Shown one piece after another: positions 29,699-42,609 of a stretch of 64,000 nt of DNA. The position numbers were made by a program, and so were the translations under genes. Numbering within the stretch: position 1 is the first letter of the stretch; every line of letters starts with the position of its first letter. Below the pieces are notes generated by a model. The model saw only the letters and a program-made list of their open reading frames with translations, was not told where the DNA came from and did not search any database. Source of the DNA: Eledone cirrhosa (taxonomy: Eukaryota); assembly GCA_964016885.1 (NCBI GenBank), contig OZ024752.1:45756001-45820000 (forward strand), in the 5' to 3' direction.

Positions 29699-30253
29699 CA
29701 TACATATATACAGACATATACCTACATATATATACATATACATACATATATACATACATACATATATATATAAAACAACATAAAAAAACAACAAAAAATA
29801 ATAAATAAACGGTTGTTGGTTAATTCCTACCAAATCCTTACATTAAAGCACTATCGATTATCAGATATAGGAGAAGAAATCTTTCAGTCGGCACAATGAC
29901 GCATTCACCAAATAAAGCACCAACTGTTACTTCTATCTTTCAGTCTAACCATTACATATTTCTCTTTTTATAACGATTTCTTTTTGTTCTTTCGTTTCGT
30001 GGTTTCGATTTTTTTAATGCGGGATTGTTGATATTAAAAAGACAGAGAAATGTGACTGGTTTTTATTAATATTGTCAGCAAAGGTTACTTTTCTTTCTTC
30101 ATTATGTGTCTTTTGTGTTTCTCTTAGTCTTTCGTTTTAGCTCATTATTATCGGTGTTAATTTGTCTTACTGTTTTTATTAAAGCCATCTGTTATACTGT
30201 TGTATTAAAGCTGGTGTATCTGTGGTGTAAAATGTGTCACCAAGGGCATGGTA

Positions 30254-30331
<78 letters not shown>

Positions 30332-30399
30332 ACATATATAGATATGCACATATAGAAATATATATATATATATATATATATACATACATATTTATATAT

Positions 30400-30706
30400 C
30401 TAAAGTCTAAAGTCTGTCTCAAGCCTAGAAGTTCATTAGGCTGGTGCTTATCTCGGTTTCCATGGCGTTAAGCGACTGAGAGGACTGAGAGTACAATACT
30501 CTCCCCCAACATCTGGACAGGACGCCAGTCCATCACAGCGTTAAACTCCCAGCTATTCCTGCTGGTACTCATTTTCAGTTGAGTAAACTGGAGCAACCTG
30601 AAATGAAGTGTTTTTCTCAAGAACACAACACACAACCCAGTCCGGGAATCGAACCTACAACATTATGATCGTAAGTCCAACACCCTTACTACCAGGCCAC
30701 ACGCTT
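30400..30706 (-). mobile_element. tRNA-derived SINE (second family)
   Basis: Minus-strand tRNA-like head (B-box GGTTCGATTCC) and conserved core. An internally deleted copy lies at 59935-60172. Confidence 0.8.
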
Positions 30707-30865
30707 GAACTCACGCTATACAAAAAATATTGTTTGTCCTTAAATTATGTGTCAAATATTCCATTTCCGTAGTTTCAAACATATGTTAAATGTATTCGAT
30801 TTATGTTGTGTTACATATATACAAGGGCTGTTACACATTACATATTATTTCTGTTTCTATATAGA

Positions 30866-31222
30866 ATTCATAAATAAAACATTCACCAGTGGTTAGTTAA
30901 TATTACTATATTTTTTATATTTCTATATTCATAAATAAAACATTTAACTGTGGTTAGTTAATATTACTATATTTTTTATATTTCTATATTCATAAATAAA
31001 ACATTTAACTGTGGTTAGTTAATATTACTATATTTTTTATATTTCTATATTCATAAATAAAACATTTAACTGTGGTTAGTTAATATTACTATATTTTTTA
31101 TATTTCTATATTCATAAATAAAACATTTAACTGTGGTTAGTTAATATTACTATATTTTTTATATTTCTATATTCATAAATAAAACATTTAACTGTGGTTA
31201 GTTAATATTACTATATTTTTTA
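30866..31222. repeat. 61-bp AT-rich tandem repeat, about 6 copies
   Basis: ATTCATAAATAAAACATTTAACTGTGGTTAGTTAATATTAC... recurs every 61 bp. Confidence 0.95.
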
Positions 31223-31517
31223 ATCAGGTAGAACACTAACGTCTCAGTTTTTGTTTGAAGTTGTTTTTATGCAATAGACCGGAATAAATGAAATTGTCAC
31301 ATCTGGTTGGACACTGTCCACAGTGTATTGTCACAGCTGACTGGTCAGGGGTTCACTGTGAATAATATGTACCTACAGTATTTAATTAGAATAAAGGGGA
31401 CAGCAAGAACTGTAACGCTTTGTTTGATTCCTAAAACCATTCATTTGTTGGGTTAATTTTAAAGTTATGAAAACCTCCCGAAAGATTTTCAATATGGTAA
31501 TGAAAGGGTTAAGTAAT

Positions 31518-31707
31518 CATATTGATGGCCTCCCCACAGCCCCGGAGGACAGAATGGAGAAGGCGTTTCCCCGGAGGATGGTAAGGGAGAGGCGCTGGAA
31601 GAGCCATTCCAGCTCGCGAGGCTCACACTTTCGGCTGGCCAGCTCAGCGCCTATGGTGGTGAGTAGGGAGGTAGCCCTAGGGCCGAGGACACCAGAAGTC
31701 TCCACTG
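31518..31707 (-). mobile_element. CRE-like non-LTR retrotransposon 3' fragment (restriction-like endonuclease C-terminus)
   Basis: Translates as VETSGVLGPRATSLLTTIGAELASRKCEPRELEWLFQRLSLTILRGNAFSIL, matching the VET.G..G and FQRLS....RGNA motifs of RLE-type elements. Homologous to 63218-63400. Confidence 0.8.
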
Positions 31708-31741
31708 TCGGAGAGCGACCGGTATTTGTTTGATTATATTC

Positions 31742-31938
31742 CAGACCTGTCAACTCTCCCCGTCCGACAGGGAGATCTCTCACCCACTTTGGGGTGGGTC
31801 AGAGATGTCTTCTCTTGTGAAAATGGGTATAGCTTCTTTCATTATGAAAAACCTCTCCGTTTTGCCTCATTTCTCCCCGTTTTAAGACACTTTTTGTCAT
31901 GGTACTCCCCGTTTGGATTTTTAGAGGTTGGCAGGTTT
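31742..31938. mobile_element. Putative MITE
   Basis: Imperfect terminal inverted repeats ACCTGTCAAC / GTTGGCAGGT. A similar right end is present at about 19242-19281. Confidence 0.5.
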
Positions 31939-32721
31939 AATATTCACATCATCTCCCTACATGTAGTCATCATCAGAAGGAGCCTCTAGTGATCGCTAGA
32001 ACTGCTAGAAATAGAAGCCAAAGCTCCGTGAATCCACACCATACGACTATAAACGTTGGATAATGTGATCAGAGTGTAGGAACCCATTGCGTGGTATCTT
32101 GGTCCTCGGCGATATTTGAACTCTCAGAACGTAGAAAGTTTAAGTTAATAGCGCAAAACATTTAGTCCGACGCTCTACCGACACTGCCAATCCAAAATGA
32201 CGGTGGTGTGAGTGTAAGAGATTTTTTTTTAGTGACATACAAAACTCAGTAGAGGAAACAAACTGCTGAACTCTCAGCTAAATAACTGCTGGTCCCCACC
32301 ACACACACACAATGGTCCCCCCTACACCACCCCCACTAGTTCCTCCAACACCACACACAGTGGTCTCCCCTTCTGCCTCCCCCTACTCGTCCCGCCCCCA
32401 ATGGTACCCCCCCCCCCACCACCACCACCTTATCGGATTGGATTGGATAGGCTGCACGTGCCTCAAAAAAAAAAAAAAAAAAGTAAAAGGTAACGGAAAA
32501 AACCTAACATATCTAATATCATTCCACATTATCAGGTTTGTTTATCTCAGTCGTGAAATTGTGGAGTGTGATCAGACGATGATAAAATATATTGCATTTT
32601 TTTAGGAATATCTGCTAAGCTATGAAGAAACGTATTTTGCACTGCTAGAACATAAACAAATTAACATCTAAACCACTGTAATTAGATATATAATATATAA
32701 CATATATATTCTTTTATCTTT

Positions 32722-32761
<40 letters not shown>

Positions 32762-33022
32762 GCTCTCTCCCTCTCTCTTTTCTCTCTGTGATATATATAT
32801 ATATACAGTGGCGGACTGGGTCTAAAAATATTGGTTACCAGGAGATAAAGGGGGCCCATCTATATATAAAATGCTATCATTTAATTTTTATAATGAATAA
32901 ATAACATTTTCGAAAAAATACGTAAGTGGAAACAAAACAGTGCAATCAAATTTTTGCAGAAAAATATTTTACCTTCTCCAATAAAAAATATTATGTATTT
33001 TGCGAAATCCAGAGACTTTCAG

Positions 33023-33454
33023 TAATGACCAGAAGTCGACCCTAATAGCTTTAAGAAACTTTGATTTTGAAAGTAGATTTATAATTATCAATTTTCATTG
33101 TACTTTTGTTGATGTCTCCGTGGCCTAGTTGGGAGAATCATGGTGGTGACCCTGGTCTGATGTTCGATCCTAGTCGGGAATAGGGTTCCTGGTAAACCTT
33201 TTCAGTTTTTTTCTATTGGTTGTAAATAAAAACTGAAAAAGGTTAAACGTACCTCTTGAGTAGGATTGAACCCAAGGCCAGGTTCTCCACCGTCTCTAGT
33301 ACCTACCACTGGGCCACAGAGACAACTACGAATAATCTTATGAAAATTCATACTTATAAACCTACTTTCAAAATTTTCAAAACAAAGTGTTGTGGTGTCG
33401 TTCATGTCTTTCTTAATCTTATTGCTCCTACTTAGGGTCGACTTCTAAATCATT
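33023..33454. mobile_element. Fold-back element with 15-bp perfect TIRs and convergent tRNA-like arms
   Basis: AGAAGTCGACCCTAA (33031-33045) / TTAGGGTCGACTTCT (33432-33446). Each arm has an A-box, a B-box and an oligo-T tract. Confidence 0.7.
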
Positions 33455-33546
33455 TGGGTGTTCCATAAACTACATCCTCGTTTTGTTTCACATCTATCTA
33501 GACTATATTTTAACCTGCAATCCATGTTTCATTTCTGTTGCACCTC

Positions 33547-33615
<69 letters not shown>

Positions 33616-33824
33616 GTGATATTTGAATCTACTATGATTTGGGCTTATCTTATTCCTATATATACATATATAAGTTTTTGCATGTCAGTTAGATTCAAAC
33701 TTACAGTGATTGGCACCACACTCTACAGTCTACATTCTAATTTCCTTCAAGTACAGAGAACCACATAAGAGAATGGCCTTACTAGTCTGAATTACTAGAA
33801 TCTTATTCATACATAATACACACA

Positions 33825-33929
<105 letters not shown>

Positions 33930-33987
33930 TATATATATATAATTAAATATATATATATATATATATAAAATTAAATATATATATATA

Positions 33988-34082
33988 CAGGGTGTCCCCC
34001 AAAAATGTATACACGCTTCAACAGCATTCTAATAAATATTGGCTGTGCAGTTTATCGAAGTGTATATATATTTTTGGGATAA
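33988..34082. mobile_element. Tc1/mariner-like MITE remnant
   Basis: TA|CAGGGTGTCCCCCAAAAATGTATACAC with a degenerate inverted partner GTGTATATATATTTTTGGGA, inside (TA)n. Confidence 0.55.
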
Positions 34083-34608
34083 TATATATATATATAAGTA
34101 TAAGTTAAAACAATGAAATAAAAAATCAAGTCATTAGAGATATACTTCACTGCTCTACGATCGTTTCTAGATGATGATAATACATTATAGCTATACTCCG
34201 TTATTGATCTATGTAAGGTTAGTTACAAAATATCAGATAAAGAGAATATTTATTTACATGCACATCACCAGCTGTTTTCAAAAGCAATAATAATTTTATT
34301 CAATAATAATTTTATTCAGAATTAGTAGTATGTTAGTATCATGTCCTTATTTGGAGGTTGTTGAAGAACTAACGAATCAAATTGTTTTTTTCATATGGTG
34401 TTAAGATGAAAAGTAATATACTTTAGTTGAGGCCATGACCCTTTGAAAGGAATGGTTGAAGGGTGTTTATAGTAGAATTGGCATAAAAATCTATTAGGAG
34501 GAAAGGGATTGTCAAACTGATAGTTGAATGTATATAATCAAGGTTTAGCAAATAGAGAACAAGTTTTAAAATAAATATATATATATACACATATATGTAC
34601 ACATATGT

Positions 34609-34677
<69 letters not shown>

Positions 34678-34897
34678 TATATACATATATATATACATAT
34701 ATATACATATATATATATATACATATATATATATACATATATACATATATATATATACATATATATATATGCATATACATATATACACATATATATATAT
34801 ATATACATATATATACATATACATATATATACATATATATATACATATACACATACATATACATATATATATATACATATACATATATATATCTCTC

Positions 34898-34928
<31 letters not shown>

Positions 34929-35709
34929 CTCTCTCTATATATATATATATGTATATATATATATGTGTGTGTGTGTGTGAGGGCGTGTTTGCGTTATGTG
35001 TGTGTATGTGTGTATGTGTGTGTGTGTAAGAGTATGTGTGTCCCCGTTTTATCGAACGCTTTGTTTTAAAGTAATTCAACTTCAGTTCTCCAAGCAGCCC
35101 TTAACATTCAAACTACCTGCAACGGAAAGTCAATCCGATTTCCGCTTAGTACTCCAGATATCAACGAAAGTGCTTTTATCTATAACGAAAAGTATACATG
35201 ACACAACAGAAGCTAGAGAGAAAGTGTGCTAAGTGAAATGAATGGATGTTATATAGAAACAGGTTAATCGATGCTGTCAGACAGGCTGATTTCAAAATCA
35301 GAGTTTCGCATGACACCAAAAACTTCATGGCAGCCATTTTGTTTGTTTGTAATTTTTGATGAATAGATTGTCTGTAGTCAAACAATGGAAAAGCGTGTCT
35401 TTGAGATTAATGTCCGCCCTGATGTGACTACACGTCAAGGACTTTTTGACTTAAGACTCGTTAAACGAGTAAAATAATAGAGTTTTTTTTTTGCATAGGT
35501 ATTTTATTGTTGTTGTAACAAATTTAAACAAGTCCCGTTATCAGAATTATTTATGTCAAACATCCTGTTTATTCTTCATACAGTTAGAAAATAAAATGTA
35601 TATATATATATATACATATATATATGTATATATATATATACATATATATATATATACATATATATATATACATATATATATATACATATATATATACATA
35701 TATATATAC

Positions 35710-35748
<39 letters not shown>

Positions 35749-35774
35749 CATATATACATATATATATATACATT

Positions 35775-35814
<40 letters not shown>

Positions 35815-35901
35815 GTAAAAGGTAAACAGAAATAACAACACAATCGGTACAGTATATGGAAGGAATATATTAGTTTAACTTTTGAAATAGCAGGAAGAGT
35901 G

Positions 35902-35937
35902 TCTTAACGTTTCAGACGCTAGTCCTTCATCAGAAGA
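35902..35937 (-). ncRNA. Minimal type I hammerhead ribozyme (family C) with palindromic stem III
   Basis: Minus strand reads TCTT CTGATGA AGGACTAGCGTCT GAAA CGT T AAGA. Stem I is TCTT/AAGA, with self-complementary AACGTT and a GUU site. It lies in a repeat (about 35830-36000) homologous to 25322-25520. Confidence 0.75.
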
Positions 35938-36033
35938 AAGAATGAGAAATAAGATAGATTGAAGGGTTGGAATTGGAAAAAATATACTTAGATAAAAATA
36001 ACAGGTCCATTCATATATATATATACATACATA

Positions 36034-36077
<44 letters not shown>

Positions 36078-36979
36078 TATGTATGTATGTATAGGTATGT
36101 ATATGTATATATTCATATGTATGTATATGTATAAAAGAAGAGACTGTGTGATATCATTACTTGTTATTCAGACTGTGTGATATCCTTATTCGTTGGTCAG
36201 GCTGTGTGATATCGTTATTTCCTGACTTCTATTTATTCACAGATATCAAAGCTATCAAGCAATACATCCATCGTTTATATCCAAGCGGGAGTTTCCCATA
36301 ATCGACAAAACGCAGTCTACAATCTACACAGACATTCACTTGTTTTTGTCTTGCTAAATCAATCATCATATATTTCACAAATACTGTAAGTATGGAGTTG
36401 GAAAGGGTTAAGGTTGTTCTTATTTGGTTTAATTCCATTTAACAGTTTACTAAGATACAAGCAAAAGAAACATTACTTATTTATAAAGCCTATTTCAGCT
36501 GTATTTTACATTATAATCACTATCAATTCTGACATGTACAACAATCTTATCTTAATTCTTTAATAGAGTGAGTATTCTCCGTCTTTATGTCTTTATATTC
36601 TTTGCTCAGTATATTCCATTAAAGTTATATGTCTGTTTCTTCCACTCTGTGACGGATTAATTATCTTACATAATAATATCTTCCGCAACGAACGAAAAAC
36701 AAATGATAAAATTTAATTAGATTCAATTTCTGAAATTTTTGACGATTCTTAGGAAAATGTAAAGATTAGAAGATTTTTCAGGTCAACGTGAAGTCAAAAG
36801 TAGCAGAAAGCTTGTGGAAGAGGACTAAAGATAAACGTATTTATAATGTAAGCTCTGTGACGTAAATGATCTTATTAATTGCATTTGTTTGATATGATAA
36901 TCTGACTTGCTGAATACTTAGTCTTTTGTATCCAACAGCTGTGTCAACCCAGACATTGTCAACCCTCCCACCTTACCAT

Positions 36980-37183
36980 GACATAACTTCTTACATCATA
37001 TATCTCCAGCCCATAGCCAGCCAAACCATGGCACACAATATACCTGTTAAACCACACTGACATAACTTGTTACATCATTCATCCCCAGCCCATAGCCAAA
37101 CCATGGCACATAATATTTCTGTTACACCACAGTGACATAACTTCTTACATCTCCAGCCCATAGCCAAACCATGGCACATAATT
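36980..37183. repeat. Degenerate tandem repeat, 3 copies
   Basis: GACATAACTT...CCAGCCCATAGCCAAACCATGGCACA repeated three times. Confidence 0.8.
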
Positions 37184-37284
37184 TCGACGTTCTGTGCACA
37201 TCTCGGATATGTCCGGTGGATAGGAAATTCCTCTCTAGAGAGTTTATCCTTCTTTGTATTACTGGCAGAGCAGCAAATCTTACA

Positions 37285-37512
37285 CTAGGCCTCAGAGAAA
37301 TTGTGAGATCTGAGCCACAGAACTTTACGCTCAAGGATATGTCGCTAGACCTCAAAGAAATTGTGAGATATGAACCTCAGAACTTTACGCTCAAGGATGT
37401 CACTAGGCCTCAGAGAAATGATGAGATATGAGCTTCAGAACTTTACGTTCAAGGATATGATGCTAGGCTTCAGAGAAATTGTGAGATATGAATTTCAGAA
37501 CTTTGCACTCAA
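37285..37512. repeat. 58-60 bp tandem repeat, 4 copies
   Basis: CTAGGCCTCAGAGAAATTGTGAGAT...CAGAACTTTACGCTCAAGGAT repeated. Confidence 0.9.
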
Positions 37513-38092
37513 TGGTGGGGGTGGGGGGCTAAATAGTTAGATTGTTATTCAACAGTTCATATTTACCTTTAACACATTTTGAATGACTTTATATAACGAA
37601 ATTGTTGACACAACACTGAAATCACAAAACTAATGGAGGATCACATATATTCACATGACCTCGCCACATAAACAAACAACAATAGCAACAACAACAACAA
37701 CAACAGCAACAACAACAAGAAAAGCAACAACAAACTAACAACACCAACAACAACAGCAGCAGCAACAACAACAACAGCAAGAATAAACTAACAACAACAG
37801 CAACAGCAGCAACAACAACAGCAACAAACAAACAACAAAACAAAACGAAAAAGCATATCAAAATCTAGACATTGATTGGTCAATGTTTGCAGAGTCGGTA
37901 TCTTCCAACATCGAAAGTTTGATTTGTCTGTTGTCTACAACAAACTTTAAAAATCAAAGCTAATTAGCAAACCATATTTTCAGTTAATCATTTCTCTTTT
38001 TTAAGAAATCTAACTTTTTAGCTTCTTTTATGTTCTCCCCCCCCCCCCCCTCATCAGTTGCTGTTTACCTGTTGCAGTCTTAGATATTTCCG

Positions 38093-38127
<35 letters not shown>

Positions 38128-38268
38128 GAAACCAATGTTATGGTGATGAATTATTTTCCTATTTTACTATCATTTTATTACCAATTATTATTATTATTGT
38201 TGTTGTTGTTGTTGTTGTTTCATTTATCTTGCTTTGTGTTCAACAACAACAACAACAAAAACAAAAAC

Positions 38269-38324
<56 letters not shown>

Positions 38325-38329
38325 AAAAA

Positions 38330-38363
<34 letters not shown>

Positions 38364-38464
38364 GTAGTAATTATTATTATATGTAGTAATGTACTGGGTA
38401 ATTGCTGGCCTTGTGCCTAAAGTAGAAACAATTATTATTATTATTATTATATATTATTATTACA

Positions 38465-38675
38465 GGGCGGTGGATTGGCAGTATCAGTAGAGGGTCGGAC
38501 GCCATGCTTTCCAGCATAGTTACGTCCCTTTACGGTCTGAGTTCAAATCCCGCCGAGGTTAACTTTGCCTTTCATCCTTACAGGGTCGATAAAATAAAGT
38601 ACCAGTAATGTACTGAGTAATTGCTGGCCTTGTGCCAAAAGTAGAAACAACTATTATTATTATTATTATTATTAT
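38465..38675 (+). mobile_element. Full-length tRNA-derived SINE (major family) with (TTA)n tail
   Basis: Matches the family from GGGCGGTGGATTGGCAG to GTAGAAACAA(TTA)n. Preceded by a tail-only copy at about 38385-38460. Confidence 0.9.
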
Positions 38676-39175
38676 TCCGGGAAGGGCAGGCAGTTTTTAT
38701 CTGTCTGGTGGCCATGGCGAAAGAGATAGTATGGTGGACACGTTTGAAAGGGCTGAAGACGAGCACTTACCTCTTCGGTGATGCCCTGATTAACTTTTTC
38801 AAATTTCATTTGAAAAGGAAAATCAGGGTAGAGAGGGAAGTGCTCTCTTCCCAGCATTTTGTTGAAAGATGGGTGAGAGAAGCAAGTATGGCCTGAGTGA
38901 ATGGGCCTACTTTGAGTATGTGTCTGTAAATTAAAGGTGGAAAACTGGGAGAGGGCACTTGCCCTGGTGGTCAGGGTCACTGTGGTCTTTTAATGGGCTT
39001 TCTCCACAAATGTCTTTCGGAAGTCTCCCCCCTATTGGGGAATCTTTCTTTGTTATTTTATTACATCCTCTGTTTTTTTTTACACGCAGAAATGCCCATT
39101 TGTACCGCCCTATATTGTCCTGTACTGTCCTTAATGTCTACTTTATGTAAACCCTTGTGGTTAATAAAGAAAACA
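38676..39175 (+). mobile_element. 5'-truncated L1/Tx1-like LINE 3' end
   Basis: Coding remnant FREGQAVFICLVAMAKEIVWWTRLKG...FVERW resembles the K..IW..R / F...W C-terminus of L1/Tx1 ORF2. It is followed by a 3' UTR with AATAAA near 39163. Confidence 0.65.
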
Positions 39176-39198
39176 TTATTATTATTATTATTATTAAA

Positions 39199-39392
39199 GG
39201 GCGGTGGATTGGCAGTATCGGTAGAGGGTCGGACGCCATGCTTTGACGCATAGAGTTACGGCCCTTGCCATTCTGAGTTCAAATCCCGCCGAGGTTAACT
39301 TTGCCTTTCATCCTTACGGGGTCGATAAAATAAAGTACCAGTAATGTACTGGGTAATTTCTGGCCTTGTGCCAATAGTAGAAACAATTATTA

Positions 39393-39440
<48 letters not shown>
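39199..39440 (+). mobile_element. Full-length tRNA-derived SINE (major family) with (TTA)n tail
   Basis: Near-identical to 27330-27520 and 38465-38675. Confidence 0.9.
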
Positions 39441-39443
<3 letters not shown>

Positions 39444-39827
39444 GTAGTTCTTTTATACAATTTTTACATATTCTGCTCTGCTACTAATTACTACTAGAAA
39501 CAGAATCGAATAACATAGCATACATCCCATTATAATAATACTTTTCACAGGCTTTTCAATCTGGTGGCGACGTAGATCTTTTATTTCCTACATGAGCAAC
39601 AAAATTAATATCCTGTAGTGACGGAGAGTTGGTTTCGTGTGACAGCAGTAGCAAGAATGTTTATCATGTGTCTGTGTCTGCGCGCATGCGTGGGAATCAA
39701 TATGAGGTATTGTTTAAAATCTAGAAAATTATGGATGAAACACGCAATGTAAACATCTTACTAAAGGATGAACTGGCATAGAAAATGGCGTATATGGGTG
39801 TATATATAGAGAGAGAGATTGTACCTA

Positions 39828-39888
<61 letters not shown>

Positions 39889-39903
39889 TATTTTCCGTTG
39901 TGT

Positions 39904-39951
<48 letters not shown>

Positions 39952-40009
39952 TAAATATATATAAATATATATGTATATATATATACATATATATACATAA
40001 ACTTAGATA

Positions 40010-40105
<96 letters not shown>

Positions 40106-40159
40106 AATGCACGAAGCCGAATTTTCGGGTTTTGAAGCGGTGAGAATATATACATACAT

Positions 40160-40324
<165 letters not shown>

Positions 40325-40710
40325 GGTATAAAGAAAGTGCTCAAGCGCAGAAATACTATGAAGATAGCTTATAAAATAGGGCGAAGATCCTTAAAAGACG
40401 GAACGATAAATTGAACTCGATATCTTCTAGATAGCCGCTACCTGGAAGACAAGGGTTTCAGTTCCTCATAGAGGTTTAATATGTCTGAAACACACTGGGT
40501 GTGAGGACAGTGATCCTGCCACTCCAGGAGTTGGTGGACCTTTAACTGGTTTTTTTTTTTATAAAGAATTTATAATAAATGCAGAATAACTTGTCCTAAT
40601 CACCGCCATAACGTATTAAGTCAATAGCCGAGCATAGGAATTTGATTATTTAACCTATATATGTGTGTGTATGTGTGTGTGTGCGTGTGTCATGTGTGTG
40701 TATAAATAGT

Positions 40711-40784
<74 letters not shown>

Positions 40785-40892
40785 TGTTTCTTTATTTACC
40801 ACAAGACCACAAGGGCGTTCAAGAAACGGGACATTACGAGACGCGACGGCGAGTGTTTTACATAAAAATAGTGTAAACGGTAACATTAATAA

Positions 40893-40930
<38 letters not shown>

Positions 40931-41094
40931 TATTTCTTTTGTAATTGATCCAGGTGTTTTTACATATATACTTCCTTTCTTTTAGCGGTAAATGTTATCG
41001 TGAGATAAATTGGTCTTATTTATATAAATAGATTTATTACGTTGCAGAATAATTAATTTAAAAGAGCCCAAACTTGATCCTGTGTACGCAAATG

Positions 41095-41210
<116 letters not shown>

Positions 41211-41307
41211 CATACATACATATGTATATATTTGGTGTGGGATGCTTAAAGCGTCCGTGTGCGGTAGGCTGTTTGAGCACTCGATGCTCTTACAGAGCAG
41301 AGTATAA

Positions 41308-41587
41308 TATCACATAGGAAACGGAGAATCAGTGGTGCAACGAATAAAATTTATTAGACATATTACAATCGTTTCTCTGGCGACCATTGAACCTCACTCT
41401 GAAATCGCAAGATCCTCAGATACGTCTCAATGTTTCGAAGCAGAGTTTCGAAAATCTGAGGATCTTCCGATTTTAGAGTCAGGTTCGATCATCGCATCGA
41501 TCGTGCCTCGAGCTGGTCGCCAGAGAAACGATTGTAATATCTCTAATAAATTCTAATTCGTCGCACCACTGATTCTCCGTTTCTTAT

Positions 41588-41593
<6 letters not shown>
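41308..41593. mobile_element. Palindromic Penelope-like repeat (family E)
   Basis: Long imperfect inverted arms ATATCACATAGGAAACGGAGAATCAGTGGTGC... / ...GCACCACTGATTCTCCGTTTCTTATGTGATAT, next to (TA)n. Confidence 0.7.
41356..41427 (-). ncRNA. Type I hammerhead ribozyme with extended stem II (family E)
   Basis: Minus strand reads AGACGTAT CTGAGGA TCTTGCGATT...GGTCGCCAGA GAAA C GATT G TA ATATGTCT. Stem I is 8 bp (one G-U), stem II is long, and the site is GUA. Confidence 0.8.
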
Positions 41594-41621
<28 letters not shown>

Positions 41622-41624
<3 letters not shown>

Positions 41625-41825
41625 CGAAGGAAATGTGGTAAGGAACCAGGTGGACCATAACGCACCAAAGTACTCAATACTTAGGGTAGTAGAGTGGGTA
41701 ATTGGAACGAGTAGGACCCCGACGGCTGAGCTCAAGCCATTTCGACGGTTAATTCTGGACTAAAATTTTAGTCCAGAATTAGCCGTCGAAACGGCTTGAG
41801 CTCAGCCGTCGGGGTCCTACTCGTT

Positions 41826-41830
<5 letters not shown>
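41622..41830. mobile_element. Palindromic Penelope-like repeat (family B) in (TA)n
   Basis: Same family as 17650-17855; centre TAAAATTTTA. Confidence 0.7.
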
Positions 41831-41862
<32 letters not shown>

Positions 41863-41978
41863 TTTGCTGAAGCTATGCGTGTGACTATAGTTGGTACCTT
41901 AAATTCATAGTGAAAGGCCTTCAAAATGTTTTAAAATAAACATACAGTATGTATATCATCAAATATAAAATACGTACA

Positions 41979-42108
<130 letters not shown>

Positions 42109-42609
42109 TGTGTGTGTGTGCGTGTGTGTGTGTGTGTATGTATATACATATATATAGGACACCAAATCAACTAACTAACTATACATACATGCATACATAC
42201 ATACTTACATACATACATGTGAATAATGTGTATATGAACGTATGTGTTGTCTGTGTGTTTCTGTATATATATGGTATATATGTATATATGTAAGTGTGTA
42301 TATGTGTAGTTATGTCTGTGTGCCATAATAAATGATAAACACAGGATATTTTAAATCGATATAGGACATCTAAATAAAACCTAGCGTAAAGTTAGATGGT
42401 TTCATCCTAAAATTAAACCTTAATCTGATACTTTGTAAGTTGCAACTAACACTTGTTCAATGATGCATGAGAAGAAAGCCATACAGTTTATCTTTATTCA
42501 TGGCCTACATAATCTTTCATTCTCTTTCATTCCCAAGACACACACTTCTCACTCACTGAAATTAATAAGAGAAACCTCTAAGGAAAAACACGAGAGTCAA
42601 ATATTAATA

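Noticed and set aside
30640-30706. tRNA gene candidates (A/B boxes here and at other SINE heads)
   Set aside because: They are attached to SINE bodies, and I could not build a full cloverleaf with a paired acceptor stem.
32806-32860. CAGTGGCGGACTGG, resembling a hAT-type terminus
   Set aside because: No matching inverted end or target-site duplication found.
39675-39695. NRF1-like GCGCATGCG motif; also YY1-like motifs (35331, 47464, 59197) and GATA/forkhead-like clusters (63550-63780)
   Set aside because: Short motifs are expected by chance, and there is no associated gene or transcription evidence in the window.
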